A stretch of DNA of 64,000 bases from Cellvibrionales bacterium (GTDB lineage Bacteria; Pseudomonadota; Gammaproteobacteria; Pseudomonadales; GM7GCV1), in contig JACONM010000010.1 in NCBI GenBank assembly GCA_014323765.1, positions 188,125-252,124 of the forward strand. Direction: 5' to 3'. A program made the translations under genes and the position numbers. This document shows positions 47,426 to 55,767 of this stretch, in pieces. The first letter of the stretch is position 1. Each line of letters starts with the position of its first letter. The notes beneath the pieces are model-generated. The model saw only the letters and a list, made by a program, of their open reading frames with translations, had not been told where the DNA came from and searched no databases.

Positions 47426-48242
47426 TTAGAGGGTGGATATAAAGTCTATCACCGCCTGCGCGGTTTTCTCCGGCTGCTCGATCATGCAATAAGTGCCACC
47501 GCCCTTGGGTATGGTTTTTAGCTGCGCCTCCGGAAACGTGCTGCAAAAACTCATCGGCCAATGCTTTGTTCGCGGGGTTGTTGGTGCCGAGGACCCCAGA
47601 TTCGCCCATGAGTACCAGAGTCGGCACGGTGATTTTAGCGAGGTCGCTGGTGAAGTCATTGGTGGAGCAGATGCTCATTATTTCATCAATGGTCTCAATG
47701 GCAAAATTGCGCTCGAAGCATTCGGCTTCCCACTTTGCCATCTCCCCTTGCTTGGGTTGAAACACATTTTCGGCGGCACAGCCAATCCAAGTGGTCAAGC
47801 AAGCGAGCGCATCGTAGCCGAAGGTCTCGCAGACACCGGAAAAATAGCTGAACGCTTTGCGGAAGCCGGGGTCGGCTTTGAACATGGGGTAGGTGATCAG
47901 GGCTTTGACGCGGTCTTGGTAACGGGCGGTGTAGCGGATGGAGGTGGGCGAGCCGGTGGAGGTGCCCCAGAGCACAGCATCTTTAATGTCCAGCGCATCG
48001 AGGATTATCTCTAGGTCGTCCACCCAAGTATCCTGATTATAGGATTTGCCGGGCCAAGCACGATCGGACTGGCCAGAGCCGCGGTAATTCCAGTTGATGA
48101 CTTGATAATGCTGGGCCAGCAGGTCGGTGACGAAATCCCACTGATTGTGCAGCAAGCCAAAGCCGCCGGACAACACTAGCGGCTGCCCCTGCCCTTTGAT
48201 CTCGTACCAGAGATTCACACCCTTATCGGTAACGAAAGCCAT
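47426..48242 (-). pseudogene. alpha/beta-fold hydrolase with an apparent +1-nt frameshift near 47531..47552
   Basis: The frame from 48242 has a GTSTG nucleophile elbow and reads normally to ...KALADEFLQHV, then becomes R/G/P-rich until 47319. The overlapping frame (ORF 47426..47659) supplies a canonical C-terminus, PEAQLKTIPKGGGTYCMIEQPEKTAQAVIDFISTL. Confidence 0.6.
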
Positions 48243-48287
48243 GGTAAATACCTCTCAATCTGTTTAGTGTGAAATCAGGTCGGTCGC

Positions 48288-50819
48288 TTAAAACCGATAC
48301 TCTAGGTCTACGCCTAGCGATTGGCGCGGCGAGTCGTGGACGAAGGAGCCGCCGAACTCTGGGGCGGTTACTACTTCGTTTAGGTATTCCTCATCGGTGA
48401 TATTTTTGCCCCATGCGGCGACGGTTAGGTTTTCGCTGCTGAAGGCTACCCGCAAATTGAACAAGTCATAGGGGTCGCGCTTGGTGCGACTAAATTCGCC
48501 TTCGCCAAACCCCCTTGCCGTAAAGAGGTTGGGGAGCTTGTTGGCCTGCACCGCATGGAACCAAGTATCGCCGACATAGGCCCAATCCAGCCGAGCGGTC
48601 ATTTGCCAGCCGCGGGATATATCTGTGTTGAAGGTGGCTCCTAGGTTGTAAGTGGAATCGGCGGCGTAGGGCACTTCGTTGCCGACGGTGTAGGGGCGGT
48701 TTTGGCTTTTTTCAATTTCCCCGCTCAGCCAACTGCCGGCGGCGTAAAGAGACAACTGGTCATTGATGGCTATATTGGCATCCAGTTCAAATCCTTGAAT
48801 AGAGACTTCATCGATATTGGTAACAGTCCGCAACAAACCGAAGGGGCCGACGTAGAATTCGAAAAACTGCATATCGTCCACATCGGTATTGTAGGCGGCG
48901 GCATTGAGGGTGAAGCGACCGTCCGCCCAGCTGGATTTCAGCCCCAACTCAAGTGAACGTGATACTTCTTTCTCAAATTCGTCGTTGATATTCAAGACCC
49001 GAAGATCAAATGGAGTCGTTTCGCCTGCTCGGGTCAAGCCACGATAAAACTCTTCGATAGTCGCCTTAGTTCCCTGCGAATTGAAGCCGCCGCTTCTAAA
49101 GCCAACGCCATAGCTGGCGTAGAGAGACCAACTGTCCGCGGGTTTCCAGTTTAGGGTCAGCTTGGGTTGTGCTTGAGAAAAATCCTTGCTGCGGTCGTCA
49201 ATGGTGTCGTTAAAACGAAAAGCCGGATTGATAGGATCAAGTTCTCCGTTTCCATCAGCATCTATGGTGGCCGCATCCTCATTGGGTACTTGGTTGGAGA
49301 CGTCGCGCTCCTCACGGTCGTAGCGCAGGGCGAAGGCGACTTCTAGGTCCGGAGATAGATCGTATGCCACTTGACCGAACAGGGCGTAGATGCGGCTGTC
49401 GAAAATATCGTGGTACAGCAGATCGGTTGGGCTATCGCTGTCCGCGGCGTTGTAGGCCCGCCTAGCAATCGGCCTCTCTCGGCCTTGATCATCCGCTGTT
49501 TGTTCGCCTTGAGCCACCACCACTTCACGCTCCACATCGCCAAAATAAACCCCGCCCAGCCAGCGTACAGACTCTCCCCCCCCGGCTGGCGAGGCAAACC
49601 GAAGCTCTAGGCTAAAGTCTTTTTGGTTGCGCTCTTGGTATTGATAGCCATCGCAGGTGGTGGGGCTGTAAGGTGATAAAAATTCAGTAGCACCTCGAGG
49701 GTCACCAGTACCGTATCCGAACGGTGGATTGTACCGTAACGTACCATCCTCGTGATCTTTGGCTCTTGCGGCGAAAGAAGCTATACAGTGCGGCTCATTT
49801 GAATAAATATCAAAGCCAGCACTAGTGCCATCAGTCAGAAAATGATTTTCCTGATCGTTGTAGGAAAATACTCCAGTGAGATCTGCCCAATCGAGTTGAT
49901 AATCAAACTTGGTTGCAAAGTTGAAATTATCCTGTTCGTTTTCCGGTTCGATATTGGTCAGATACTGGTATTTGTGGTCGTTAACATCCTGATAAAAAGC
50001 GGGGAAACTGAGTGCCGCTGCCGCATCCACCAAATGCACCGACGCATTGTAGCCAATAGCCGCCCCCTCAGCTTGACTCAGCGCAATGCGGGTATCCCAT
50101 GCCATGGTATCGGTGGGGGACCAGATAAGGCGGGCATTGAGGGCTTGCTCTTCGTAATTATCGACCACTTTTTTATTGAGGTAGTCGTTGCGGAAGTGGC
50201 CGTCGGTCTCGCGGCTTACTAGGCTTAGTCGGCCGGCCAATGATTCGCCGAGCGGGCCGCTGACAACACCGCGCAGCACTTGGGTGGAGTTATTGCCAAT
50301 GCCTAGCCCCAGTTTGCCTTCCGTCTCATCGCCGGGTTTTTTGGTATTGACGATGATCGCGCCAGCTAGAGCATTGCGACCGTAGAGGGCCCCTTGCGGA
50401 CCTTTGAGGATCTCGATTTGTTGAACATCGGCGAGTTCACGGTTGAAAGCGTTGGGGTTAGTCAGGAGTACACCGTCCACCACGTAGGCGAAGCTGGCTT
50501 CCGCATCGCGGCCTGTGTTAATGCCGCGGATGCTGACTTGGGTATCGCCGATCTCCGCCGTGTTGGTCATGGTTACCCCGGGGGTTAGCATGATGAAGTC
50601 CTCGGGCCGCTCTATGCCGGCATCGCGGATGGCACCCTCGGTGAGCACGGTAATAGAGTCCGGCACATCTTGCAGGCTTTCTTCCCGCAGCCGGGCGGTG
50701 ATCACTATTTCTTCCACGACCATGCCTGAGTCGGGGGCGGCTAATAGCGGCGCGGTTGGCATTATTGCGGCGGTCAACAGGAAAGCTGCGGCTAGGCGGG
50801 TTTTGCTAATGGGTTGCAT
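48288..50819 (-). CDS. TonB-dependent receptor (TBDR-2)
   Basis: 843 aa with a signal peptide, plug motifs (EEIVITARLREESLQDVPDSITV, IEILKGPQGALYGRN), and a C-terminal ...DLEYRF. Confidence 0.9.
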   Translation of the reverse strand: MQPISKTRLAAAFLLTAAIMPTAPLLAAPDSGMVVEEIVITARLREESLQDVPDSITVLTEGAIRDAGIERPEDFIMLTPGVTMTNTAEIGDTQVSIRGINTGRDAEASFAYVVDGVLLTNPNAFNRELADVQQIEILKGPQGALYGRNALAGAIIVNTKKPGDETEGKLGLGIGNNSTQVLRGVVSGPLGESLAGRLSLVSRETDGHFRNDYLNKKVVDNYEEQALNARLIWSPTDTMAWDTRIALSQAEGAAIGYNASVHLVDAAAALSFPAFYQDVNDHKYQYLTNIEPENEQDNFNFATKFDYQLDWADLTGVFSYNDQENHFLTDGTSAGFDIYSNEPHCIASFAARAKDHEDGTLRYNPPFGYGTGDPRGATEFLSPYSPTTCDGYQYQERNQKDFSLELRFASPAGGGESVRWLGGVYFGDVEREVVVAQGEQTADDQGRERPIARRAYNAADSDSPTDLLYHDIFDSRIYALFGQVAYDLSPDLEVAFALRYDREERDVSNQVPNEDAATIDADGNGELDPINPAFRFNDTIDDRSKDFSQAQPKLTLNWKPADSWSLYASYGVGFRSGGFNSQGTKATIEEFYRGLTRAGETTPFDLRVLNINDEFEKEVSRSLELGLKSSWADGRFTLNAAAYNTDVDDMQFFEFYVGPFGLLRTVTNIDEVSIQGFELDANIAINDQLSLYAAGSWLSGEIEKSQNRPYTVGNEVPYAADSTYNLGATFNTDISRGWQMTARLDWAYVGDTWFHAVQANKLPNLFTARGFGEGEFSRTKRDPYDLFNLRVAFSSENLTVAAWGKNITDEEYLNEVVTAPEFGGSFVHDSPRQSLGVDLEYRF

Positions 50820-50851
50820 GGTTTGACTCCGTTTTTGTGTTGAGGGGCGGT

Positions 50852-51250
50852 TTATACCAGCGGGTTGCTGTTATTCATGTACACGTACACCTCTTCAAAC
50901 TTGCCGTTACGGACTCGCCAGAAGTTGGTGTTTTCGAATTGCGTTTTCTGGCCGTTTGTATCGACTAGCTCGGCGAGAAAACGGGCGGTTATGCGACCGT
51001 GCTTGGCATCTACGGTGCAGACGAAGTCGTGGTGCCGGATGCTGTCGTAGGTGGCAAAAAAGTCGCGGAACATGCGACCGATGCCCTCTTCGCCGGCGTG
51101 GACTGTGAAAGCGGTTTGCACTGTGAATAGGGCGGTGTCATTGAAGCAATCCATGACTGCATCAAAGTTCTTTTTATCCACATTGGCGAAATAGCGTTGG
51201 GTCGCTAATTCGACAAGCTCTTCTCGGGATAGAGTTGGTTCGTATTGCAT
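50852..51250 (-). CDS. NTF2/SnoaL-like fold protein, paralogue A
   Basis: 132 aa. RYFANVDKKNFDAVMDCF...FWRVRNGKFEEVYVYM is typical of the SnoaL-like/NTF2 superfamily. Confidence 0.6.
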   Translation of the reverse strand: MQYEPTLSREELVELATQRYFANVDKKNFDAVMDCFNDTALFTVQTAFTVHAGEEGIGRMFRDFFATYDSIRHHDFVCTVDAKHGRITARFLAELVDTNGQKTQFENTNFWRVRNGKFEEVYVYMNNSNPLV

Positions 51251-51281
51251 GACTGCGGCCTCCTATTTTGGGCTGTCTGGG

Positions 51282-51677
51282 TTACTTGAGCAGGTTTTCA
51301 CCGCTCATATACACAAAGACCCGGCTGAATTTGCCGTCTTTTAGGTAGAAGCGGTTGCAGTTTTCGTAGCGTTGCTCTTCGTCGTTTAGGTCGTGCGGCT
51401 CTATTTCGACGGTGAATTGGGAGCAGATGGATTCGCTTTGCGGGTCGACGGTGTGGACGAAATTGCCGTGCCAGATGCGACCATTGCTGGCGAATAGCCC
51501 CTCGAACATGGTGCGGATGCCCTGCTCGCGGCCTTCATGCAGGGTGTTGGAGGTCATTTCGCGGATCGAGGCATCCGGCTGGAAGCAATCCAGCACTTTT
51601 TCCATGTCGCGATTGTCTACGCCATCGAAGTAACGCTTGGTGACTATGTCCACATAGTATTCGTAGGGGTACGTCAT
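51282..51677 (-). CDS. NTF2/SnoaL-like fold protein, paralogue B
   Basis: 131 aa. It is colinear with the neighbouring paralogue (RYFDGVDNRDMEKVLDCF...FYLKDGKFSRVFVYM). Confidence 0.6.
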   Translation of the reverse strand: MTYPYEYYVDIVTKRYFDGVDNRDMEKVLDCFQPDASIREMTSNTLHEGREQGIRTMFEGLFASNGRIWHGNFVHTVDPQSESICSQFTVEIEPHDLNDEEQRYENCNRFYLKDGKFSRVFVYMSGENLLK

Positions 51678-51713
51678 GGCTTTAATCTCCTCAGATTTGC
51701 ATGTTTGAAGGGT

Positions 51714-52472
51714 TTAGGGGCGCACCTGCACATCGGCATCCTTGGGCACTTCCGGGGTGGGGAAGGCTTTTTTGGAGTGACTTAGGCCCAGCTGTAAAAA
51801 TATCTCGCACAGTTTGTAGGTGATGAGGCCCGGGTTGATGACCGGCACCGGCAGGTTTTTTTGCAGATAGTCGGCGGATTGGTGCATGGTGGTGGAGCCT
51901 AGGACGATCACATCCGCGCCGTCCTCTTCGATGGCTTTGCGCGACTCGGCTTCGAGTTTGGCGAAGATGACCTCTTCTTTGCCGGCCAGCAGTTCGGCCA
52001 GATCCGGGCGGGTTTTGATCGAGCGCATGGAGGCTAGGCGGGGCCATAGGTGGTATTCGGTCAGGGTTTTTTCGTAGAGCGGGAACCATTCGTCCCACAT
52101 GGTGATGATGGAAAATTTCTTGCCGAGCGTCATAGCGGTGTGGAAGGCGACCTGCCCAGGGGCCAGCACTGGAATATCTAGGCGCGAGCGCAGGGCGGCT
52201 AGGCCGGAATCGCTGACGGTGTCGATGCAGAGTGCGGCGAACCCCTCTTCCTGCGCCCGCACCCCGGCTTGGAAGACGGTCCAATCCATCAGCAGCATGT
52301 CGTGGTAGGAATCGCCGAGGGCCGCGCCCCAAGTTACCGCCTCGAAAACGGGTTCAAAGTCGGGGTGGACTAGGTGGGCCGGTAGTTGCGCGGCGCGATT
52401 TGCCACGCCGGCCTCGTCCATGGGGATGGGAACGACAATTTTTACACGCTTGGGTTGCGTAGTCCGTATCAC
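51714..52472 (-). CDS. Asp/Glu/hydantoin racemase-family protein
   Basis: 252 aa. The N-terminus VKIVVPIPMDE and the LCIDTVSDSG / VIVLGSTTM half-sites resemble the hydantoin racemase family. It has a GTG start and is the first gene after the sigma-54 promoter. Confidence 0.65.
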   Translation of the reverse strand: MIRTTQPKRVKIVVPIPMDEAGVANRAAQLPAHLVHPDFEPVFEAVTWGAALGDSYHDMLLMDWTVFQAGVRAQEEGFAALCIDTVSDSGLAALRSRLDIPVLAPGQVAFHTAMTLGKKFSIITMWDEWFPLYEKTLTEYHLWPRLASMRSIKTRPDLAELLAGKEEVIFAKLEAESRKAIEEDGADVIVLGSTTMHQSADYLQKNLPVPVINPGLITYKLCEIFLQLGLSHSKKAFPTPEVPKDADVQVRP

Positions 52473-52497
52473 TTCTTTGCGGTCTGCCTACCCCAAT

Positions 52498-52533
52498 AAA
52501 CTAAGCAAGAACTGTAAACTAAGCAAGAACTGT
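52498..52533. repeat. perfect 18-bp tandem duplication (aaactaagcaagaactgt x2) overlapping the -12 element
   Basis: Read directly: copy 1 is 52498..52515 and copy 2 is 52516..52533. Confidence 0.9.
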
Positions 52534-52537
52534 GCCA
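52523..52537 (-). promoter_or_regulatory. sigma-54 (-24/-12) promoter TGGCACagttcTTGC
   Basis: The reverse complement of 52523..52537 is TGGCAC-N5-TTGC, an exact consensus core. It lies about 50 nt upstream of the racemase-like gene and downstream of a sigma-54 enhancer-binding protein gene. Confidence 0.7.
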
Positions 52538-52578
52538 ATTTTTGTTTTGTGTATTTTTTCGTAAAAAATAAATATGAA

Positions 52579-52591
52579 AATCAAAGTGTTA
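52579..52591. promoter_or_regulatory. IHF-like site (AATCAAAGTGTTA fits WATCAANNNNTTR) in an AT-rich spacer
   Basis: It is located about 45 bp upstream of the -24 element, the usual position between the UAS and a sigma-54 core promoter. An 18-bp dyad, CAAAATgaaattATTTTG, at 52655..52672 is a candidate UAS. Confidence 0.3.
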
Positions 52592-52742
52592 GCTAATAAT
52601 TGGCTTTTCAAAATCGGGGTGAGGTGGGCCGCTGAACATGGCGGTGCGTAAGTTCAAAATGAAATTATTTTGCAATTTGGTGAAACAATCGGTGAAAACG
52701 GTGCGTCGAGCCGCTGGTGCTGCCGGGTGGAATGGCGGGCGG

Positions 52743-54623
52743 TCAGGGGGGACTCTTCAGCCGCCGCCACAGGGTCGTCTGGCTAATGCCGAGGTAACCA
52801 CTGACTTTGGCTTTATCGCCACCGAACTTTTTCATGGCATCCATGATCAGGCTCCATTCCTGCTCTTTGAGGGTGCCGGCTGGGGCTGCGGCGGAAGGAG
52901 TCGGAGGATCGCTTTTCTTGGACCGTTCCGCGGACCATTCCGGCAACAGAGAGGGTAGGGCATGCACAAATTGTTCCGGATCGGTAAATATCGGGCGACT
53001 CACCAGCAAGCGTTCCACTGCATTTTCCAGCTGGCGCACATTGCCTGGCCATGCGTAGCTGCGAAGTTGCTTGCCACAGAGGGAGAAAATTTCCGCTATA
53101 TCGACTTCTAAGCGATACCGCTGTTTGATTTTTTCTGCAAAATAGTTGGCGATCGCGGGAATATCGGCGGGTCGCTCGCGCAGGGCCGGCAAATCGATGG
53201 TGAAGACGTTGACGCGATAAAACAGGTCTTCGCGGAAGGTGCCGGCTTTTACCGCATCTAGCAAATTCTGATTGGAGGCGCACACAAACTTCAGGTGCAG
53301 GGATATTTCTTTATTGGTGCCGAGCGGCCTTATTCTGCGGTCTTGCATGGTGCGCAACAGTTTGGCCTGTTGGGTTAGGGGGAGCTCGCTGATTTCATCG
53401 AGGAAGAAAACGCCATTGTTGGCGGCTTCCAACAAGCCGGTGCGCCCGCCGCGCTTGGAGGTGGTGAAGGCCCCATCGACGTAGCCGAATAGCTCGCTTT
53501 CGAATAATTCTTCCGGTACGGCACCGCAGTTAATCGCGATAAACTGGCCGCCCTTGAACGGCCCGCTGCGGTGAAGTTCGCGGGCGATTAATTCTTTGCC
53601 GGTGCCGGTCTCCCCGGTAATCAACACGGTGCCGGCCGTGGCGGCATAGGTGGGCAAAATGCGGTGGATCTGCGCCATTTTTTCAGACGCATAAACCATC
53701 TGATGATCGGTCGGTGTTTGCCCTTTGGCTGCGCTGGTTTTGGCCTCGCCGGTGCGCATACTGTATAGATAGGCGCGTTTCTTGCCTTTGATGTTGAGTA
53801 GCTGTCGGGTAAAAAAACGCGGGGTGCCATTGAGTTCTACATGGAATTGTTTGCCGCCGCGCCCGGTGCCCGTCTGAATGAGTTGCGCCAGCCGCAAGGC
53901 ATCTGCCTCGTCGGCGGCACCGAGCTTGGCCATGGCGGTCTGGTTATAGCGCAACAGATCGCCAGCAAAGTTCGCCACCAGCACCGGCGGCCCGGCACCT
54001 TCTAGAACCGAATTATCAATGGCGTGGTTTAATTTTTGCTCGATAGTTTCCTCGCCCTTCGCGATGGCGGCTTCGATAAGTTCGCGGCAGGATGAGCGCG
54101 AATAGACGAGCAGGCTTTTCAAATTTTGTTGCTCGGCCAGATCGCACACATGGCTGGAACCTATCACGACATCGATGTTTTCCGGAATATGCAAATACAG
54201 AAGTTCACGCGCTTCATTCGGGGTGCTGTAGGTTTTATGGATAAGTTCCGCAGTGAAGTACTGGCGAATAAAGTCCAGCACCCGATATTCTTTTTGGTAG
54301 GTGATTAGCAGTATTTTTTTGCCGATCTTGGCCGCTTTATGCAGGGCATCCAAAATGTCCCCTTCGGTGACGGCGATTCCTAGGGTGGGCACGGATAGCA
54401 GCGACTGTAAATAGCTGGCATTGGCACCGGCACTAATGACTAGATCGGCATCCTTACCCTCTACCAGTTCGTCAACGCTGCTGTCCTGCGTTAGGATGTG
54501 GTCGGCGATCTCAAAATGAGCCTGCCCGGCAAATTCTGGGTGAACCACGCTCATCAGCTGGCTGAATTTGCGATAGCCGACGATCAATATCTTTGGTTTA
54601 TCCCGACCGATTATTCTCCACAT
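52743..54623 (-). CDS. sigma-54-dependent transcriptional activator, PrpR family (PrpR_N sensor + AAA+ + Fis HTH)
   Basis: 626 aa. The N-domain resembles PrpR (KILIVGYRKFSQL...ISAGANASYLQ). AAA+ motifs are VLITGETGTGKELIAREL, GAFTTS (GAFTGA variant) and FFLDEISELP. The C-terminal HTH is YLGISQTTLWRRLK. Confidence 0.9.
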   Translation of the reverse strand: MWRIIGRDKPKILIVGYRKFSQLMSVVHPEFAGQAHFEIADHILTQDSSVDELVEGKDADLVISAGANASYLQSLLSVPTLGIAVTEGDILDALHKAAKIGKKILLITYQKEYRVLDFIRQYFTAELIHKTYSTPNEARELLYLHIPENIDVVIGSSHVCDLAEQQNLKSLLVYSRSSCRELIEAAIAKGEETIEQKLNHAIDNSVLEGAGPPVLVANFAGDLLRYNQTAMAKLGAADEADALRLAQLIQTGTGRGGKQFHVELNGTPRFFTRQLLNIKGKKRAYLYSMRTGEAKTSAAKGQTPTDHQMVYASEKMAQIHRILPTYAATAGTVLITGETGTGKELIARELHRSGPFKGGQFIAINCGAVPEELFESELFGYVDGAFTTSKRGGRTGLLEAANNGVFFLDEISELPLTQQAKLLRTMQDRRIRPLGTNKEISLHLKFVCASNQNLLDAVKAGTFREDLFYRVNVFTIDLPALRERPADIPAIANYFAEKIKQRYRLEVDIAEIFSLCGKQLRSYAWPGNVRQLENAVERLLVSRPIFTDPEQFVHALPSLLPEWSAERSKKSDPPTPSAAAPAGTLKEQEWSLIMDAMKKFGGDKAKVSGYLGISQTTLWRRLKSPP

Positions 54624-54645
54624 TATCTTTGCTATGACAGTGAAT

Positions 54646-54675
54646 GCGCCGCGCCCAAGAGGAAGGCGGCGGCGC
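54646..54675. terminator. GC-rich hairpin between the methyltransferase-like gene and the activator gene
   Basis: GCGCCGCGCC-caagaggaa-GGCGGCGGCGC forms a 10-bp stem with one bulge. There is no clear U-tract, so terminator function is uncertain. Confidence 0.3.
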
Positions 54676-54688
54676 GAGCAAAGCGGCT

Positions 54689-55603
54689 CTATTCAGGTTT
54701 GCGGAATAGGAGGGTCATGCGGTTGGATTCGCCGATGTTTTGCATTGCTGCTGTTGTGTCGGGGTCGTCGGGGCCGCGTAGGCTGGGGGGGAGGCGCCAG
54801 ACGGACTGGTCGATCTGCGGGCGGTCTTGGGGGTTGGCGTTAAAATCCGCGCTATCCAAAAGCTCAAAACCTGCCGCTTGGAAGCGGGCGATGACTGCCG
54901 CCTTTTTCACATAGCCATTTTCACCTGAGGCCCAGCTGTCTGGCATGTCGGGGCGGGCTTCGTGCTGCACCACGCCGAGCAGACCGCCGGGTTTTAGGGC
55001 GGCATGGGCATTGGCGGCGGCCTGCGCGAAAAAGTCCGGCTGGCCGCTGTCGGGATCGCCGCTAAAACGCATCAGGTTGTGCAAGGCACGGATAAATAGC
55101 ACCCGGTCGGCACTGCCCTGCATGGCCGGCGGCAGGGCACCGAACACGAAAGCATCGAATGTCGCGCTGTTTGCCAGTTCCCAAGCGGCGGCTTGCTGCG
55201 GCCAATTCTGTGCCCATGTCGCTTTGGCTTGCAGGCGTTCCTCATCCATAAAGCCAAAGTTGGCGTAGAGCGCAAGCGGGTAATCGGCCCCGATCAGGCG
55301 ACCCTGCGGGCCTAGCCAGGCGGCGAGTATTTTCGAATACCAGCCGCCGCTGGGTAGGGCTTCGACCACGGTCATGCCGGGGCGAACATCGAAAAACTCT
55401 AGCGTTTGTAGCGGACGGCGATAAGGGAAGCGCACCTGCACCTCTTCTGGCTGTGCCATGAGCAGCTGTTGCAGGGCATCGCGGTCGAATGGGGCGGCGG
55501 CGGGCGGTGCCTCTGCGGTGGCAGGTGCCTCAGGGGCGGGCGGTTCGGTGCGTTCGCATGCGGCCAACAGGAGCACTGCCGCCAATCCAATTAGCTGTTT
55601 CAT
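54689..55603 (-). CDS. class I SAM-methyltransferase-fold lipoprotein (predicted periplasmic)
   Basis: Refined start is the ATG at 55603, with GGAGA 6 nt upstream. It has the lipobox LLLAAC, and VVEALPSGGWYSKIL resembles methyltransferase motif I. Confidence 0.6.
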   Translation of the reverse strand: MKQLIGLAAVLLLAACERTEPPAPEAPATAEAPPAAAPFDRDALQQLLMAQPEEVQVRFPYRRPLQTLEFFDVRPGMTVVEALPSGGWYSKILAAWLGPQGRLIGADYPLALYANFGFMDEERLQAKATWAQNWPQQAAAWELANSATFDAFVFGALPPAMQGSADRVLFIRALHNLMRFSGDPDSGQPDFFAQAAANAHAALKPGGLLGVVQHEARPDMPDSWASGENGYVKKAAVIARFQAAGFELLDSADFNANPQDRPQIDQSVWRLPPSLRGPDDPDTTAAMQNIGESNRMTLLFRKPE

Positions 55604-55767
55604 TGCGTCTCTCCATCCTTTAATAGGGGCTATGGGCGCAAGGTACCACAGATACGGGGGACATAAAACCGGGCGACACGGCGGACACCGTGCTGGTAGA
55701 CTGTGCGCCCATGTTGCCCGCCCGGTTGCGTCGGCTGTGGGTACACTCATCGCCTGAACGCAAGCCA

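Noticed and set aside
52498-52533. Tandem 18-bp repeat as a possible CRISPR or minisatellite
   Set aside because: There are only two contiguous copies with no spacers and no cas genes. I treat it instead as a promoter-associated duplication.
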